This document shows, in pieces, positions 51,465 to 62,184 of a stretch of 64,000 bases of DNA. Position 1 is the stretch's first letter. Every line of letters starts with the position of its first letter. Origin of the DNA: an uncultured Actinomycetes bacterium (GTDB taxonomy: Bacteria; Actinomycetota; UBA4738; HRBIN12); NCBI GenBank assembly GCA_963704725.1, contig OY969934.1, positions 320,001 to 384,000 on the forward strand. Direction: 5' to 3'. Position numbers and translations under genes: made by a program. The notes under the pieces are model-generated. The model saw nothing but the letters and a program-made list of their open reading frames with translations. It was not told the DNA's origin and ran no database searches.

Positions 51465-51576
51465 CGAAGGAGGTTCCCATACCGGTCCCCCGCGCGTAGG
51501 GCCGTCCGGCCGGCCCCGCCGCCGGCGCCCGCGCCTAGCGTCGAGGGTGGATGGGGGCGTCCGGAAGGGGGACGCG

Positions 51577-52077
51577 ATGACCAACCCGAAAGATTCGCTC
51601 TGCGAGCGCCACCGCGAGTTCGTCCCGCTGATCGCCGCCGTCGAGAGGGTCGAGGACTCGACGGAGGAGGGTCCGGTGCTCCGCGCCGAGGCGGTCGGCC
51701 TGCACGAGGCCTTCGCCCACGGTCTGATCCCGCACGCGGTCGGCGAGGGCCGAACGATCTTCCCGGTGCTGCGCGAGATCACGGGCTCCAACCGCGAGTC
51801 CACCGACATGACGAACGAGCACCGCGAGATCGCCCGGCTGACCGACGAGCTCGAGCGGATCACCGACGAGCTCGAGCGATCCGGCGCCGTGGGCGTCAAC
51901 GACCGGGCCCTGCGCTCGACCCTGCACCAGCTCCGAACCGCGGTGCAGGAGCACTTCGAGCAGGAGGAGGCGCTCTGCTTCCGGATCCTCAGCAGCGAGC
52001 TCGACCCGGAGGAGGGGCGGAGCCTCTACGAGGCGATGGAGCAGGCCGCCTCCGACCTCCGGAACGCGTACGAGTAG
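51577..52077 (+). CDS. Hemerythrin domain protein
   Basis: H..HAVGEGRTIFP..EHREI..HFEQEE. Confidence 0.8.
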   Translation: MTNPKDSLCERHREFVPLIAAVERVEDSTEEGPVLRAEAVGLHEAFAHGLIPHAVGEGRTIFPVLREITGSNRESTDMTNEHREIARLTDELERITDELERSGAVGVNDRALRSTLHQLRTAVQEHFEQEEALCFRILSSELDPEEGRSLYEAMEQAASDLRNAYE

Positions 52078-52080
52078 CGG

Positions 52081-52683
52081 CTACGAGTAGAACTCGATGA
52101 TCAGCCGCTCGTCGACCTGGACGGGCAGGGGGATCTCGGTCCGCTCCGGGTAGCGCGAGAGCGTCCCCTGGAACTCGTCCTTGTTCCGGTACAGGTACGG
52201 GGGCGGGTCCGGGGTGAGCGCCAGCGCCTCGTGCACGTAGACGAAGTTCTTCGCCTTGTCCGAGAGCTCGATCGTGGCCCCCGGCTTGACCTGCGCGCTC
52301 GGCACGTCGAGGCGCCGGCCGTTCACGCGCACGTGCCCGTGGCTCACGAGCTGGCGCGCCTGGCGCTGCGTCAGGGCGAAGCCCAAGCGCAACACCACGG
52401 CGTCCAGTCGCGTCTCGAGCTGGCGGATCAACTCCTCGCCGGTGACGCCCGTCTTGCGGCTGGCGTGGTCGTAGTAGACGCGCATCTGGCGCTCGCCGAC
52501 CCCGTAGATCGCGCGGAGCTTCTGCTTCTCGACCAGCCGCACGTTGTACTCGGAGATGCGCTTGCGCCCCCGGCCGTGCTGGCCCGGCGGGTAGGGTCGC
52601 TTGCCAGACGGGCAGTTGGGGCGGCCACACAGTGGCTGCCCGACCCGACGGCACATCCGATGACGAGGCCCGAACTTGTTCAT
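52081..52683 (-). CDS. rpsD: 30S ribosomal protein S4
   Basis: PPGQHG, SEY..EKQKLR, LETRLDAVV, ARQLVSHGH, LIIEFYS. Confidence 0.97.
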   Translation of the reverse strand: MNKFGPRHRMCRRVGQPLCGRPNCPSGKRPYPPGQHGRGRKRISEYNVRLVEKQKLRAIYGVGERQMRVYYDHASRKTGVTGEELIRQLETRLDAVVLRLGFALTQRQARQLVSHGHVRVNGRRLDVPSAQVKPGATIELSDKAKNFVYVHEALALTPDPPPYLYRNKDEFQGTLSRYPERTEIPLPVQVDERLIIEFYS

Positions 52684-52755
52684 GGGAGCACCTCAGGGTA
52701 CCAACGCGGACTGCATCCCGACATCGGGCCGCGCACCCCGTAGCATCCCGCGCCG

Positions 52756-53676
52756 ATGGATCTCGCGGATCGGGTGGTGGGCGGGTGCCTCGGGCTCGCG
52801 CTCGGGGACGCGCTCGGGGCCCCCTTCGAGTTCCTGAGGGCCCGCAACGTCCCGAGCCCGGTCCCGGCGCTCGAGCGGCCGTGGCTCGACCGCCCGCCGG
52901 GCTCGACCACCGACGACACGGCCCTGGCCAGGAACCTCATGCGGAGCCTGGCCGAGCGCGGCGGGTTCGATCCCGGCGACCTCGTGGAGCGCCATCTGGC
53001 CTGGTACCGGAGCGATCCCCCCGACGTCGGCACGATCACCGGCCGGGTCCTGCGCCGGGTCGACCGGGGTGAGGACGCGTCCGCCGTGGCCCGCGACGTC
53101 TGGGAGCAGCGCGGCCCCGAGGTCTCGGCCGGCAACGGGTCGGTGATGTACTGCGCCCCGCTCGGGTTCGCCTACGCCCACCGTCCCGAGGAGCTGTTCG
53201 AGCTCGCGCCCGCACTCTCGGCCCTCACGCACTACGACGGCCGGTGCCGGACCGCGGTCCTCGCGGTGACGCTGGCCGCCGCGGCGCTCGTCCGAGGCGA
53301 ACGAGCCGAGGCCGCCGCCCGCTCGGCGCTCGACGCCGTGCTGCCGCTCGAGGGTGGAGAGGAGCTCGAGTACCTCGTCGACGCCGCCGGGAGCCCCCGC
53401 CCGATCGACGGTCCGGACCAGGGGTTCTGCCTGTTCACGGCGGGGCTCGCGTTCCAGGCCCTGACCCGCGACACGGGCTTCGAGGCCGAGCTCCGGCGGG
53501 TGGTCTCGCTCGGCGGCGACACGGACACCAACGCCGCGGTGGCCGGCGCCCTGCTCGGCGCCCGCGACGGGATCGGCGCCCTGCCGAGGGCGTGGCTCGC
53601 GCGCCTCCTCGACGCCGACACCATCCGAGCCGAAGCCGAGGTCCTCGTTCCGCTCGCTCGAGCCGCTACCGCGTGA
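52756..53676 (+). CDS. ADP-ribosylglycohydrolase
   Basis: GDALG, TDDT, GNGSVM, GGDTDTNAAVAG. Confidence 0.92.
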   Translation: MDLADRVVGGCLGLALGDALGAPFEFLRARNVPSPVPALERPWLDRPPGSTTDDTALARNLMRSLAERGGFDPGDLVERHLAWYRSDPPDVGTITGRVLRRVDRGEDASAVARDVWEQRGPEVSAGNGSVMYCAPLGFAYAHRPEELFELAPALSALTHYDGRCRTAVLAVTLAAAALVRGERAEAAARSALDAVLPLEGGEELEYLVDAAGSPRPIDGPDQGFCLFTAGLAFQALTRDTGFEAELRRVVSLGGDTDTNAAVAGALLGARDGIGALPRAWLARLLDADTIRAEAEVLVPLARAATA

Positions 53677-55798
53677 CCGGTTCCGGCGCGTACACGCGCT
53701 CGAGGTACTCGCGGAGCATCCGGTCGGAGCCGAACATCGGCGGGATCGTGCGGAGCGAACGCTTCACCATGGCCACCCAGGCGCGCGGGATCCCGGCGCC
53801 GTCGCGGTCGTGGAACGTCGGCAGCAGCTCACGCTCGATCAGGTCGAACAGCGTTGCGGTGTCCCGGTCGTCCTGGGCCTCGGGATCGGGGGCGGGCGAC
53901 CCGTCGCCGATCACCCAGCCGTTGGTCCCGTCGTGGGCCTCGGCCCACCACCCGTCGGGGACCGAGAGGTTCAGGCCGCCGTTCAGCGCGGACTTCATCC
54001 CGCTCGTGCCGCTCGCCTCCATCGGGGGGCGGGGAAGGTTCACCCAGACGTCGCACCCGGCGACGAGGTTCAGGGCGACGCCTAGGTCGTAGTCCTCGAT
54101 GAAGGCGATCCTCGGGGCGACGGTCGGCGCCCACGGGCTTCGGATCAGCCCCGACAGGGCGGCCTTGGCCTCGTCGTCGCGGGGATGCGCCTTGCCGGCG
54201 ATGACGAACTGCACGGAATCGGGCTTGCCGAGCAGCGCCTCCAGGCGCTCGGGGTGCCGGAACAGCAGATGGAGCCGCTTGTACGTGGCCACGCGCCGGG
54301 CGAAGCCGAGCGTCAGCCGATCGGGGTCGAACGCCTGGGCGCCGACCTCGACGTTGGTGGGGTCCTCGTTGCGGCCCAGCCGTCCCGCCGCGTCCGCCTC
54401 GCGGACGTACTCGACGAGGCGGGCGCGGAGCATCGTCCGCGTCTCCCACAGCTCCTCGTCCGAGATGCCCTCGACGGCCCGCCACGTCTCGGGCTCATCG
54501 GCCCGATGCCGCCATCCCGGGCGGAGGTGGTGGTCGAGCAGCTCCCGCACCGGCTCGGCCATCCACGTGGGCAGGTGCACGCCGTTGGTCACGTGGCCGA
54601 TCGGGACCTGGTCGTCCGACTCGACGTCGAACAGCGGACGCCACATCGTCCGCGCGACCTTGCCGTGGAGCCGGCTCACCGCGTTCGAGCTCCTCGAGAG
54701 CCGAAGCGCTAGCGACGTCATCCCCACCGAGTCCTCGCCGAGGATGGCCCCGAGGCGCCGCAGCCGCTCGGGCTCGATGAGCCCGTCGAGCACCTCGAGG
54801 ACCACGTCCGGGTCGTGGCTCTCGTTCCCGGCCGCCACCGGGGTGTGCGTCGTGAAGACCGTCTTCGCTCTCGCGCGGGCCAGGGCCTCGTCCTCCGACG
54901 CGCCGGTCTCGCGCTCGCTCGCCGCGAGCTCGAGCGGGGCGAACGCGCCGTGGCCCTCGTTCACGTGGATCACCGAGGGCTCGATGCCCATGGCCCGGAG
55001 CGCCTTCATGCCGCCGACCCCGAGCATCGCGTACTGCTCCAGCCGCACCGTGCGATCGCCCACGTACAGGCGGGCGGTGATCCAGCGCTCCGCGATGCCG
55101 TTGTCGGCGCGGTTCGCGTCCAGCAGGTACAGCGGCACGCGCCCCACCTGGACCCGCCAGATCTGCGTGCGGACGATGCGGCCGCGGATCGGGACGTCCA
55201 CGACGAGCGGCGACCCGTCCTGCCCGCTCACGAGCACGAGCGGCAGGCGGTCCGGCTCGGTCTCGATCCAGTAGTCGTGTTGCCATCCCGTCGCGTCGAG
55301 CCGCTGGTGGTAGCCCCCCTTCGAGTACAGGATCCCCACGCCCACCATGGGGATCCGCAGGTCCGACGCGCCCTTCAGGATGTCGCCGGCCAGGACCCCC
55401 AGGCCGCCGCTGTAGATCGGGAGTGACCGATGGACCCCGAACTCGGCGCAGACGAAGGCGACCGGGCGCTCTCGCGAGACCTCGCCCCGGGAGACGTACG
55501 CGGCGGCGAAGTCCGCCTCCATGACCTCCATGAGCGCGGCGGCAGCGGCGTGGACGTCGTGGTCGCGGGCGATCTCCTCGAGCTGGCGCGGCGGGAGCTG
55601 GCCGAGCAGCCGGATCGGGTTGCCGCGGCAGCGCTCGTGGCGGAGGGGGTCCAGGCTCCGGAACAGCTCCTCGCCCCCCGGCGTCCACGACCAGCGGTAG
55701 TTGTAGGCGACCCGCGCCAGCGGCCACAGGCGCTCGGGCAATCGGTCCGCGAGATCGTCGACCGCGCGCTCGAGATCCTCCGTCCCGTCACGGTTCAT
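53666..55798 (-). CDS. glgP: Alpha-glucan phosphorylase
   Basis: YSGGLGVLAGD, NEGH, TNGVH, FARRVATYKR, EASGTSGMK. Confidence 0.95.
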   Translation of the reverse strand: MNRDGTEDLERAVDDLADRLPERLWPLARVAYNYRWSWTPGGEELFRSLDPLRHERCRGNPIRLLGQLPPRQLEEIARDHDVHAAAAALMEVMEADFAAAYVSRGEVSRERPVAFVCAEFGVHRSLPIYSGGLGVLAGDILKGASDLRIPMVGVGILYSKGGYHQRLDATGWQHDYWIETEPDRLPLVLVSGQDGSPLVVDVPIRGRIVRTQIWRVQVGRVPLYLLDANRADNGIAERWITARLYVGDRTVRLEQYAMLGVGGMKALRAMGIEPSVIHVNEGHGAFAPLELAASERETGASEDEALARARAKTVFTTHTPVAAGNESHDPDVVLEVLDGLIEPERLRRLGAILGEDSVGMTSLALRLSRSSNAVSRLHGKVARTMWRPLFDVESDDQVPIGHVTNGVHLPTWMAEPVRELLDHHLRPGWRHRADEPETWRAVEGISDEELWETRTMLRARLVEYVREADAAGRLGRNEDPTNVEVGAQAFDPDRLTLGFARRVATYKRLHLLFRHPERLEALLGKPDSVQFVIAGKAHPRDDEAKAALSGLIRSPWAPTVAPRIAFIEDYDLGVALNLVAGCDVWVNLPRPPMEASGTSGMKSALNGGLNLSVPDGWWAEAHDGTNGWVIGDGSPAPDPEAQDDRDTATLFDLIERELLPTFHDRDGAGIPRAWVAMVKRSLRTIPPMFGSDRMLREYLERVYAPEPVTR

Positions 55799-55853
55799 GA
55801 GGCCACATCCTACGGCGCTGCCCATTCGCCGCCGTAGCAGGCAGAATGGCCCG

Positions 55854-58800
55854 GTGAGCGAGCGGGAGCCGTCGGCGATGCGCGAGGAGCGCAAGGTGGT
55901 GACGGCGATGTTCGCCGACCTCGTCGGGTCGACCGCGCTGGCCGAGCGCCTCGATCCCGAGGACCTCAAGCTCGTCGTGAACGACGCCATCACCCGCGTG
56001 ATCGGCGCCGTCGAGGCCTTCGGGGGAACGGTCAAGGATCTCGCCGGCGACGGGGTCCTGGCCCTGTTCGGGGCTCCGCAGTCCCACGAGGACGACCCCG
56101 AGCGCGCCACCCGCGCCGCCCTGCAGGCGACCCAGGAGATCGTCGCCTACGCCAGGGACGTCGAGCAGGCCTTCGGCGTCCAGGGCTTCGGCGTCCGGGT
56201 GGGGGTCGCCACCGGCCCCGTCGTCGTGGGGGCCGTCGGCGCCGGCAGCCGCGTCGAGTACGGGGCGCTCGGGGACGCCGTGAACCTCGCGGCCCGGCTG
56301 CAGTCCGCGGCGGATCCCGGGACCGTCCTCGTCGGCTCGCACACCCGCCGCCGGATCGCGCTCCTGTTCGACTGGAGCGAGCCGATGGAGCTCGCGCTCA
56401 AGGGCAGGGCCGAGCCCGTCACCGCGTACCGGCTCGAGGGCGTTCGCGCCGGGCCGGGCGGCCCCCGCGCGGCCGGCCCGGCGCAGACGCGACTCGTCGG
56501 TCGCGAGCGCGAGCTGGCCGAGGCGCGGACGGCGGTCGACGCGGCGCTCGCGGGCTCGGGCCGGATCCTGTTCGTGACGGGCGAGCCGGGGATCGGCAAG
56601 AGCCGGCTGCTGGCCGAGCTCCGCCAGCTCGTGGAGGGCGCCAGCCCGGCGCACGGCCGGGCCCTGTGGGTCGAGGGCCGGTGCGTCTCCTACGGCGAGT
56701 CGATGCCGTACTGGCCGTTCCGGGATCTCCTTCGGTCCTGGCTCGGCGTCCTGGCGGACGAGCCGGAGCTCCGGGTGCGCGTGGCGCTTCGCCGGAGCGT
56801 CTCGCGGCTGTTCGGCGACCGCGTCCTCGAGGTCTACCCCTACCTCGGCGCGATGCTCGGCCTGTCGCTCGAGCCCGACGCGAACGACCGACTCGAGGAG
56901 CTTTCGCCGGAGGCGCTGCAGTACCGGACGTTCGAGGTGCTCCGGGCCCTGGTCGTGCGCCTGGCCCAGGACGGACCCGTCACGGTCGCCCTCGAGGACC
57001 TGCACTGGGCCGACGCCACCTCGCTCCAGCTCCTTGAGCGGCTCCTCGTCGACACGGAGGTGTCGGCCCTGCTCCTCGTGCTGACCAGCCGCCCCGAGCG
57101 CGACCATCACTCCTGGCGGGTCAAGGAGGCGGCCGCACGCGAGCTTCCCCACCGCACCCGCGAGATCGCGCTCGACGCGCTCTCGGGCGACGCCGGACGG
57201 GAGCTCCTGCGCGCCCTCGTCGGCGGGGCCGCCCTGCCCGCGGAGATGGAGCGCCGCATCCTCGAGCCGGCCGAGGGCAACCCGTTCTTCCTCGAGGAGA
57301 TCGTCCGGTCCCTCGTCGACGTCGGCGCGCTCGTCCGCGAGCCGCAGGTCTGGCGATTCGACCACGCGGTCGACGTCCAGATCCCACCGACCGTCGAGAA
57401 GGTCATCCTCACCCGCATCGACCGCCTCGCCCCGGGCCCCCACGAGGCGCTCATGGCGGCGTCGGTGCTGGGGCGGCAGTTCGGGCTGCCGCTGCTCGAG
57501 GCCGTCACCGGGGGGAACGGGTCGGTCGAGCGCTCGCTGAGCGAGCTGCAGCGGCTCGACCTCCTCCGCGAGAGCCGCAGGTGGCCGGAGCCGGAGTTCC
57601 GCTTCAAGCACGCGCTGATCCAGGAGGCGGCGTATCGCACCCTCGTGGTGCGCGGAGCGGACGAGGCTGCACCGCAAGGCCGCGGAGTGGCTCGAGGCGT
57701 CGTACGCCGGTCGCGACCACGAGGTGGCGGGGCTCCTGGCCCACCACTGGCTGGCCGCCGAGGACGAGGACAAGGCCGTCACCTACCTGACGAGGGCGGG
57801 CGACCGCGCCCGGCTGGACTACGCCCTCGACGAGGCGATCGGCCACTACCGGGAGCTGCTGCCGATCCTGGAGCGCCGCGGCGAACGCGGGGAGGTCGCG
57901 CTGGTGCTGTTCAAGCTCGCGCTGGCCCTGCACGTGTCCCTGCGGTTCGAGGAGGCGAACGAGACCTACCAGCGGGCCTTCGAGTTCTGGACGCCGCCGG
58001 AGTCCTCACCCGCCCCGCCGACGGCGACCCTGCGCGTGGCCACCAGCTTCCTGCCCAACGACCCCGACCCCCGGTCGGCGATCGCCTGGCCGAACATCCA
58101 GCTCTGCATGCAGCTCTTCGACCGCCTCGTCGAGGCGTGGCCCGAGCGGACCATCGTCCCCTTGCTGGCCGAGCGGTGGGAGATCTCGCCCGACGGGCTG
58201 CGATACGTCTTCCATCTGCGGGAGGGCGTCCGATGGTCGGACGGGACGCCGCTCACGGCGCGCGACGTCGAGTTCGGCATCAAGCGCGTGCTGGATCCCG
58301 ACGTGCCCGGGTCCTCCGTCGCGATCTACTTCGTCCTGGAGAACGGTCAGGACTACTACCTGCGTCGCAACGACGATGCGGACGCGATCGGCGTCCGGGC
58401 GCTCGACGACCGGACCGTGGAGTTCCGGCTCGCTGCGCCCGCCCCGTACTTCATGAGCGTCATGAACCGCCCCGACGGCGGTCCCCAGCCCCGCCACGCC
58501 ATCGAGCGCCACGGCGACGCGTGGGTCGACCCGGCCGTGCAGGTCGTGAGCGGGCCCTTCCGGGTGGCCGCGAAGGGGGACGACGTCTTGGTCCTCGAGC
58601 GGCGCGCGGACTACGGTCGCGCGCGGCCGGGCAACGCGGCGCGGATCGAGCTTGTCCGGACCGGGATCGCGGACGCGGTCGAGCCGTACGGGCGCGACGA
58701 GCTCGACCTCGTCACCGTCCGCTACACGCCCAGACTGGCGGATCTCGTCCCGGAGGTCGCCCGCGACGCGTCGCCGGGGCCGGCGGCGTGGTCGGCGTAC

Positions 58801-59520
58801 CTCGCGTTCGACCACTCCGATCCCGTGCTCGCCAACGTCGAATTCCGGCGTGCGCTGGCCCACGCCGTCGATCGGGAGGAATTCGAGCGGACGGCGCCGG
58901 AGAACCTCGTCGTCGCGCGGGGCGGGATCGTCCCGCCGGCGCTCCAGGGACACACGCCGGACATCGCCCTGTCGTTCGATCCCGACGAGGCGCGTGCGTG
59001 CCTCGAGCGGTCCGGCGTGGGCTCGGCGCGGATCACGGTGGGCGCGTACGCCCCGTGGGCCCACCCCTTCCTCGAGCCGCTCGTCCGCATGTGGCACGAC
59101 GTGCTCGGTCTCGACGTCGGCATCCGGCGCTGGACCGTCGAGCAGGGGTACGCGGTCCCCAAGCTCACCGATATCTCCGGCACCTACGTGACGGGGTGGC
59201 TTCCGGGCTACGCCGATCCCGAGTACTTCCTCCGCCTGCTGTTCCAGTCGGACAGCCGGACGAACGAGGGCGGGTTCTCGCACCCGCCGTTCGACGAGCT
59301 CATCGAGCGAGCCCGCCAGGAGCGCAGCGATCGCGCCCGCCTGGAGCTGTTCCACGAGGCCGACCGGATGGCCGTGACCGAGCGGGTCGCCGTCATCCCC
59401 CTCGCGTACGGGCGCAGCATGGCCTTCGTCAAGCCGTGGGTTCAGGGATGGTGGGAGTTCGGCAAGTCCTCCGCGAGCTTCGCCGACCTGCGGATCGACC
59501 CGTCGTCGCCTCGCGCCTAG
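55854..59520 (+). CDS. Class III nucleotide cyclase - STAND/AAA ATPase - family 5 solute-binding (OppA-like) fusion, about 1220 aa, one frameshift near 57652
   Basis: FADLVGST, GDGVLALFG, VNLAARLQ; GEPGIGKS, LEDLHWAD, GNPFF, FKHALI; LAERWEISPDG..FHLREGVRWSDGTPLTARDV, FRRALAHAVDRE. Confidence 0.85.
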
Positions 59521-60533
59521 CCCGGCTTCTCGGCATGACCGCCGAACTGCCGCCGGAGCGCCGACAGGACCTTGTTGGCGAACTCCGACTCGCTCCGCGA
59601 CTCGAACCGGTCGTACAGCGCCGCCGAGAGCACGTGGACGGGGACGCCCTCGTCGACCGCGGCCAGGACCGTCCACCGCCCCTCGCCCGAGTCCGACACG
59701 CGGCCGCCGAAGCCCTCGAGCTCCGGGTCCTCGAGCATCGCCGCCGCGGTGAGGTCGAGCAGCCAGGAGGCGATCACGCTCCCGCGCCGCCACACCTCCG
59801 CGATCTCGGGCAGGTCGAGGTCGTAGCGGTAGTACCGGGGGTCCCGCAGCGGCGTCGTCTCCGCGTCGGCCTCGCGCTCGGTGGCGCCGGCGCCGGCGTG
59901 CCGGAGCACGTTCAGGCCCTCGGCGTACGCCGCCATGAGCCCGTACTCGATGCCGTTGTGGACCATCTTCACGAAATGGCCGGCGCCGGCGGGGCCGCAG
60001 TGAAGGTATCCCGCCTCGGCCGTCGAGGCGTTGGCGTCGGTCCGGCCGAGCGTCCTCGAGGCGGCGTCGACGCCCGGCGCGAGGGCCGCGAAGATCGGGT
60101 CGAGGCGGGCCACGACGTCGTCCTCGCCGCCGATCATCATGCAGAACCCGCGCTCCAGCCCGAAGACGCCGCCGCTCACCCCGACGTCCACGAAGCGCAC
60201 GCCTCGCTTCCCGTACCGCTCGGCCCGGTCGACGTCGTCCCGGTAGTACGAGTTGCCCCCGTCGATCACCACATCGCCCGGCTCCATGAGCTCGGCGAGG
60301 CGGTCCGTCGTGGTCTCGGCGAAGGCGGCCGGCACCATGACCCAGGCCGCCCTGGGCGGTGAGAGCTTCTGGACCAACTCCTCGATCGAGCCCGCCCCGG
60401 TGGCCCCCTCGCGCTCGAGCAGCCGGACCGCGTCCTCGTTCACGTCGTACGCCACGACCTCGTGACCGTGGCGTACCAGACGGCGCGTCAGATTGGCGCC
60501 CATCCGGCCGAGGCCGACCATCCCGAGCTGCAT
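59517..60533 (-). CDS. gnd: 6-phosphogluconate dehydrogenase (decarboxylating, short form)
   Basis: GLGRMG, IDGGNS, VSGG, KMVHNGIEYG, DSGEGRW, FGGH. Confidence 0.95.
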   Translation of the reverse strand: MQLGMVGLGRMGANLTRRLVRHGHEVVAYDVNEDAVRLLEREGATGAGSIEELVQKLSPPRAAWVMVPAAFAETTTDRLAELMEPGDVVIDGGNSYYRDDVDRAERYGKRGVRFVDVGVSGGVFGLERGFCMMIGGEDDVVARLDPIFAALAPGVDAASRTLGRTDANASTAEAGYLHCGPAGAGHFVKMVHNGIEYGLMAAYAEGLNVLRHAGAGATEREADAETTPLRDPRYYRYDLDLPEIAEVWRRGSVIASWLLDLTAAAMLEDPELEGFGGRVSDSGEGRWTVLAAVDEGVPVHVLSAALYDRFESRSESEFANKVLSALRRQFGGHAEKPG

Positions 60534-62071
60534 CAGACCACCTCCATCAGAGAGTCGAGCGTGACGCGCGCCACCCGCCGGCCGCGCGCCCGCAGCGAGC
60601 GCAGGTCGCCCGCGGCCTGCGCGTCGATCAGCGTGCCGAACGAGTAGGGCTGTCCCGGGATCGCCACGTCCGTTTCACGGTCCGCGTCGACGACCTGCAC
60701 GAACACGCCGTCGTTCGCGCCACCCTTGTGGAGCTGGCCGGTCGAGTGCAGGAACCGCGGCCCGAACCCCACGGTGGTGGCCACGCGGTGCCGGTCGCGG
60801 ATCGCCGTTCGCGCCCGCTGCAGCGCGTCCTCGGTCTCGGACGTGCGGTCGAGGTACGCCATGATCGCCACGTAGTCGCCGGCGCCGGCCTGCTCCAGGA
60901 GCGCGCGCGGGTCGTCGAACCCCGGGTCCTCGGGCCGCCCTGCCAACAGGATCTGCCGCGTGGCGTCCTTGGCCTCCTGGACGTTCGGCTGGTCGAACGG
61001 GTTGATCTCGAGCACGTGGCCGGCCACCGCCGTCGCCAGCTCCCACCGGAAGAGCTCGCCGCCGAGCTTCCCGACGTCGTCGAGCTCGAGTCGGACGACC
61101 GGATGGCCCGCGCCCTCCAGGGCGTCGAGGCCGTCGTGCGCTCCCACGGCCACGAACACGCGGTCGTCTCCGTACGCGTCGGGGTCCGCGAGCGGCTCGC
61201 CCACGACCGGCACCACGCCGCGGTCCTGCTTGCCGGTGGACTCGGCCACGAGCTGCTCGACCCAGTCCCCCAGCGCGGCGACGTCCTCCGGCAGCACGAG
61301 CGTGAGCTTGTCCCGCCCCGCCCGCGCCGTCTCGCCGATCGCGGCGCCCAGCACCGCGCCGGGGTTCTCCGCCGACGGGGCGACGAGCTCGCAGGCCCGG
61401 CGCATCTCGGCGGCCCCGTCGAGCAGCTCGTGCAGCGGGGCCCCGATGAGGGCGCCCGGCACGAGCCCGAAGTAGGACAGCGCCGAGTACCGGCCGCCGA
61501 TGTCCGGGGGGTTGGCGAACACGGGCCGGAAGCCCCGCTCCGTCGCCAGGTCCTCGAGCGGCGTCCCCGGGTCCGTGATGGCGACGAAGCGACCGCCGTC
61601 CGGCACCAGCTCCCAGAAGTGCGCCAGGTGGGACCGGGTCTCCGTGGTCGTGCCCGACTTGCTCGCGACGACGAACAGCGTCGCGTCGAGGTCCAGCTCC
61701 GCGGTGACGCGCCGCACGGTCTCCGGATGCGTCGTGTCGAGGACCACGAGCTCGAGGGCGCCGTCGGCCGCCCCGAACGTCGACCTCAGCATCTCGGGGG
61801 CGAGCGAGGACCCGCCCATCCCGAGCAAGACCGCCGTCCGGAGCCCGTCCTCGGCCGCGCGGCCGGAGAAGGCCTCCAGCTCGTCGATCCGCTCCCGCAT
61901 CGGGTCGAGGACGCTCAACCACCCCAGGCGGTCGGCGATCTCGGTGGGATCGTCCTTCCACACGGTGTGATCCCGGGCCCAGATCCGCTCGACGATCCGG
62001 CCACGGTCCATCGCGGCGAGGCGCTCGGAGACCGAGCCCGGCATGGCCGCGAGCCGCGGCATCAGGTCCAC
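60533..62071 (-). CDS. pgi: Glucose-6-phosphate isomerase (Tal-Pgi-type PGI domain, stand-alone)
   Basis: GMGGSSL, SKSGTT, GGRYSALS, QLVAESTGK, NPFDQPNV, HSTGQLHKGG. Confidence 0.85.
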   Translation of the reverse strand: MDLMPRLAAMPGSVSERLAAMDRGRIVERIWARDHTVWKDDPTEIADRLGWLSVLDPMRERIDELEAFSGRAAEDGLRTAVLLGMGGSSLAPEMLRSTFGAADGALELVVLDTTHPETVRRVTAELDLDATLFVVASKSGTTTETRSHLAHFWELVPDGGRFVAITDPGTPLEDLATERGFRPVFANPPDIGGRYSALSYFGLVPGALIGAPLHELLDGAAEMRRACELVAPSAENPGAVLGAAIGETARAGRDKLTLVLPEDVAALGDWVEQLVAESTGKQDRGVVPVVGEPLADPDAYGDDRVFVAVGAHDGLDALEGAGHPVVRLELDDVGKLGGELFRWELATAVAGHVLEINPFDQPNVQEAKDATRQILLAGRPEDPGFDDPRALLEQAGAGDYVAIMAYLDRTSETEDALQRARTAIRDRHRVATTVGFGPRFLHSTGQLHKGGANDGVFVQVVDADRETDVAIPGQPYSFGTLIDAQAAGDLRSLRARGRRVARVTLDSLMEVV

Positions 62072-62184
62072 GGGGTTCGCCTCCTTCCTCGTCGGGCCGC
62101 CCGGTGGCGAGTCGCCTCGAGCCGTGTAACGCTGCCGTCCGCCAAGCGTACTCATCGCCGGGACGACCACGAGGGAGCCACGCC

